Shown here one piece after another: positions 63,795-64,000 of a DNA stretch of 64,000 bases (positions within the stretch are counted from its first letter, which is position 1; every line of letters starts with the position of its first letter). Origin of the DNA: Asterias rubens (lineage: Eukaryota). Position numbers and translations under genes: made by a program. The notes under the pieces were generated by a model. The model was given only the letters and a program-made list of their open reading frames with translations. It was not told the origin of the DNA and did no database searches. The stretch is from the NCBI RefSeq assembly GCF_902459465.1, contig NC_047079.1, forward strand, positions 7,068,001 through 7,132,000. Reading direction: 5' to 3'.

Positions 63795-63915
63795 TCAGTG
63801 TGGACGCCAGGCTATATGTCACGAAATAACCACCTTAAAAATGAACCCTACTGAGAAATGTAAAGTCTGGTAATCAGTGTGGACGCCAGGCTATATATGT
63901 CACGAAACGACCACC
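63762..63915 (+). repeat. Tandem duplication (offset 79 bp) of the M13 peptidase terminal codons, stop and 3'UTR start
   Basis: atgaaccctactgagaaatg(c/t)aaagtctggtaatcagtgtggacgccaggctata at 63762 and 63841. Confidence 0.92.
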
Positions 63916-64000
63916 GATAGTTGTATTTTATTGTAATAAGCCTTATATTAATCTTCTTTTTAATTATCAATAACTGAGGTGTTTTAGCTAAAAGGTAAAG

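Overview
Eukaryotic, AT-rich genomic DNA with spliceosomal GT-AG introns. Repeat families and gene content suggest an invertebrate deuterostome, probably an echinoderm (inference). Left 24 kb: three co-oriented minus-strand genes, each with one coding exon, for type I membrane Ig-superfamily receptors. They share a four-cysteine second Ig domain but have very different tyrosine-motif tails (ITIM/ITSM array; chained ITAM-like motifs; 4x ENIY repeats). Middle: an intronless BTB-BACK-Kelch gene head-to-head with BCAS2/SPF27 (7 exons, acidic C-terminal extension), then SIGMAR1 (4 exons), then two convergent single-FN3 transmembrane genes. Right: a complete 22-exon neprilysin/ECE-like M13 peptidase. 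Intergenic and intronic DNA carries TTAA-flanked Kolobok-like and Harbinger-like MITEs, tRNA-derived SINEs, LINE 3' fragments, Penelope-type minimal hammerhead ribozyme motifs and several short local duplications. The best candidate for an undescribed system is the intronless Ig-receptor cluster, which looks like a mixed inhibitory/activating signalling-receptor locus. All calls were made by eye, without database searches.
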